From the NCBI RefSeq assembly GCF_965641715.1, contig NZ_OZ282453.1: DNA of 64,000 nucleotides. The stretch is one strand, 5' to 3'. Under the pieces are notes generated by a model. The model was not told where the DNA came from. It did no database searches and was given only the letters and a program-made list of their open reading frames with translations. Numbering within the stretch: the stretch's first letter is position 1; every line of letters starts with the position of its first letter. Positions 60,981 to 64,000 of this stretch are shown piece after piece. The DNA is from Escherichia coli (GTDB lineage: Bacteria > Pseudomonadota > Gammaproteobacteria > Enterobacterales > Enterobacteriaceae). The position numbers and the translations under genes were made by a program.

Positions 60981-62282
60981 TTACTGCTTTAACGCCGCAT
61001 ACACTTGATCAACTACCCAACCATAAGTTGCAATCGGCAACTGACCGCTTTCGAACATATTGGGATTTTTGTGTGGATCGGCAACTGGCGAATGTGGCTT
61101 GTTGCTTAACATCACAATCGCCATATGATTCACCGGATCGATAACGGTCACCGTCCCGGTCCAGCCAGTGTGACCGTAGGTTTGCGGGCTTGCCAGCGTG
61201 CCAAACGTCGGCGTCATGGTGGCATTACCATTCACGCGCCAGCCAAGGCCAAAAGTGGCATCTTCCTTAGAGCTGGTGGTGAACATCTTCACCGTTTCCG
61301 CACTGAACAGCTGCACATCACCATAGCCACCGCCGTTCAGCATCGTTTGCATTAACACCGCAATATCGCCGGTATTGGAAAACAAACCTGCGTGCCCGGA
61401 AACACCGCCCATCGAATAAAAGGCTTTTTCATCGTGCACCTGACCCCAGAGAGTGGAGGTGCGGATATTCGGGAAATGGATCACGCCATCGCGGGTATTG
61501 CCGTTCAGTTCCGTGGCGGCAATTTGCTGTGGTTTAAAGCCTTTCAGCAGCGGATTAAATACCGTGTGCGTCAGGCCGAGCGGGCGATAAATCGACTCTT
61601 CAACATAGCGGTCAAGTGGCTGACCGGTAACCGACTCGACGATAAATCCAAGCAGCATATAATCGACATCGCTGTAGATATGCTTGCTGCCGGGCTGATA
61701 CTCCAGCGGCGTGCGCTTGATCATCTCCAGCGTCTGGCCTTTATCCTGGGAATATAACGCGCCCGCGACCGCTTTATTCGGATATTGTGGGTCCGCCGGG
61801 AAACCGCCGCTGTGATGCAGCAGATCAGAAATCCGCAACGTGTTTTTGCCTTTAATGGTGTCATTTGGGTTATCGGCAAATCCCGGAATATATTTCGCAA
61901 TCCGATCGTCAGGATGCAGCTTGCCTTCGCTCATTAGCTTTTGCAGAGCAAAGTTAGTGGCGTACATTTTGGTGTTTGAGGCCAGATCATACAGCGTCCC
62001 GGTGGTGGCTTTTACAGGCTGCGCCATTAACGTGCTGCCATCGTACTTTTTCGCCGCGCCCCAGGCTTTGCGATAAACAATCTGATTATCTTTTATAATC
62101 AGCAGGTTTACGCCGGGATAACCGGCGTCCACTTGCTGGCTTATCCAGCGATCCATCTGATTAAGCCGTTCGACGTTAAACCCTGCTTTCTCTGGCGAAC
62201 TTTCTGTCAGAACAGGGTATTTTGCGGCGCTGACGCTACAGCTGACAGCCAGCAGAGAAAGATAGAGCATTGTCCGTTTCAT
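60981..62282 (-). CDS. yfeW: Penicillin-binding protein 4B (class C beta-lactamase-fold DD-carboxypeptidase)
   Basis: ORF 60981-62369; start at Met30 (MKRTMLYLSLLAVSCSVSAA signal peptide); SNTK active-site motif. Confidence 0.88.
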   Translation of the reverse strand: MKRTMLYLSLLAVSCSVSAAKYPVLTESSPEKAGFNVERLNQMDRWISQQVDAGYPGVNLLIIKDNQIVYRKAWGAAKKYDGSTLMAQPVKATTGTLYDLASNTKMYATNFALQKLMSEGKLHPDDRIAKYIPGFADNPNDTIKGKNTLRISDLLHHSGGFPADPQYPNKAVAGALYSQDKGQTLEMIKRTPLEYQPGSKHIYSDVDYMLLGFIVESVTGQPLDRYVEESIYRPLGLTHTVFNPLLKGFKPQQIAATELNGNTRDGVIHFPNIRTSTLWGQVHDEKAFYSMGGVSGHAGLFSNTGDIAVLMQTMLNGGGYGDVQLFSAETVKMFTTSSKEDATFGLGWRVNGNATMTPTFGTLASPQTYGHTGWTGTVTVIDPVNHMAIVMLSNKPHSPVADPHKNPNMFESGQLPIATYGWVVDQVYAALKQ

Positions 62283-62286
62283 ATTA

Positions 62287-63711
<1,425 letters not shown>

Positions 63712-63714
63712 GGG

Positions 63715-64000
63715 TTATTCCTTGTCTAAAACCTGACGAATAAAGCCGCCGTGTTGATCCAGGCGTTTTTTAGCTTCTGCGGCATCGAGATTTTTCAGCA
63801 CCATCACAATGGCCGTTTTACAGTTGCGCTCGCAGGCAATTAACGCTGTTTCCGCTTGTTCGGCATTACATCCGGTGGCGTTTTTAACGATATTGACCTG
63901 GCGCACATGCAGTTTTTCGTTGGTGGCGACCACATCGACCATCAGGTTGCCGAACACTTTGCCGGATTTAATCATCAGCCCGGTGGAGAGCATATTGAGC
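63715..64000 (-). CDS. murQ: N-acetylmuramic acid 6-phosphate etherase; only the C-terminal ~95 codons are in the window
   Basis: Minus-strand frame open to the window end. ...[27 protein letters not shown]... is the SIS-domain C-terminus, directly upstream of murP. Confidence 0.88.
   Translation of the reverse strand, partial: LNMLSTGLMIKSGKVFGNLMVDVVATNEKLHVRQVNIVKNATGCNAEQAETALIACERNCKTAIVMVLKNLDAAEAKKRLDQHGGFIRQVLDKE

Overview
The window is an Escherichia coli K-12-type chromosome segment. Gene order and protein sequences were recognised from memory; no database was consulted. Core genes run hyfD'CBA, bcp, gcvR, dapA-bamC, purC, ypfJ, tmcA, ypfH, ypfN, dapE, yffB, ypfM, acrD, narQ, aegA, nudK, ypfG, tktB-talA and maeB. 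They continue with the 17-gene ethanolamine-utilisation (eut) microcompartment operon, then hemF, amiA, ypeA, yfeZ, yfeY, yfeX, yfeW, murP and murQ'. REP/BIME repeats and ordinary terminators lie between them. The only accessory DNA is an 11.2-kb island (40533-51732) inserted exactly at the eutA stop codon, between eutA and eutB. K-12 carries the CPZ-55 cryptic prophage at this site, but I remember that element as only about 6.8 kb. All ten island ORFs read opposite to eut. They are a P4-type tyrosine integrase, a winged-helix Rep-like protein, an AlpA-family regulator, four small unknown proteins, an intact but orphan lambda-gpH-like tape-measure gene, and a distal three-gene cargo module (membrane-anchored protein, XRE-HTH protein, Rha-like protein). 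The Rep-like gene sits beside five phased 21-bp iterons and has a predicted countertranscript RNA over its leader. The cargo genes each have their own terminator. No capsid, terminase, portal, tube or lysis genes are present. Regulatory structure in the island is dense. It includes a helically phased CGCTAA x5 array upstream of the tape-measure unit, GTATCCGG arm-type-like repeats at both ends plus an internal cluster, a terminator-like leader in front of alpA, a shared 28-bp box, and two further plus-strand sRNA candidates. I read the island as a satellite-like or composite integrative replicon rather than a plain prophage remnant. It is the best candidate for something undescribed. Functional claims about it are inference.
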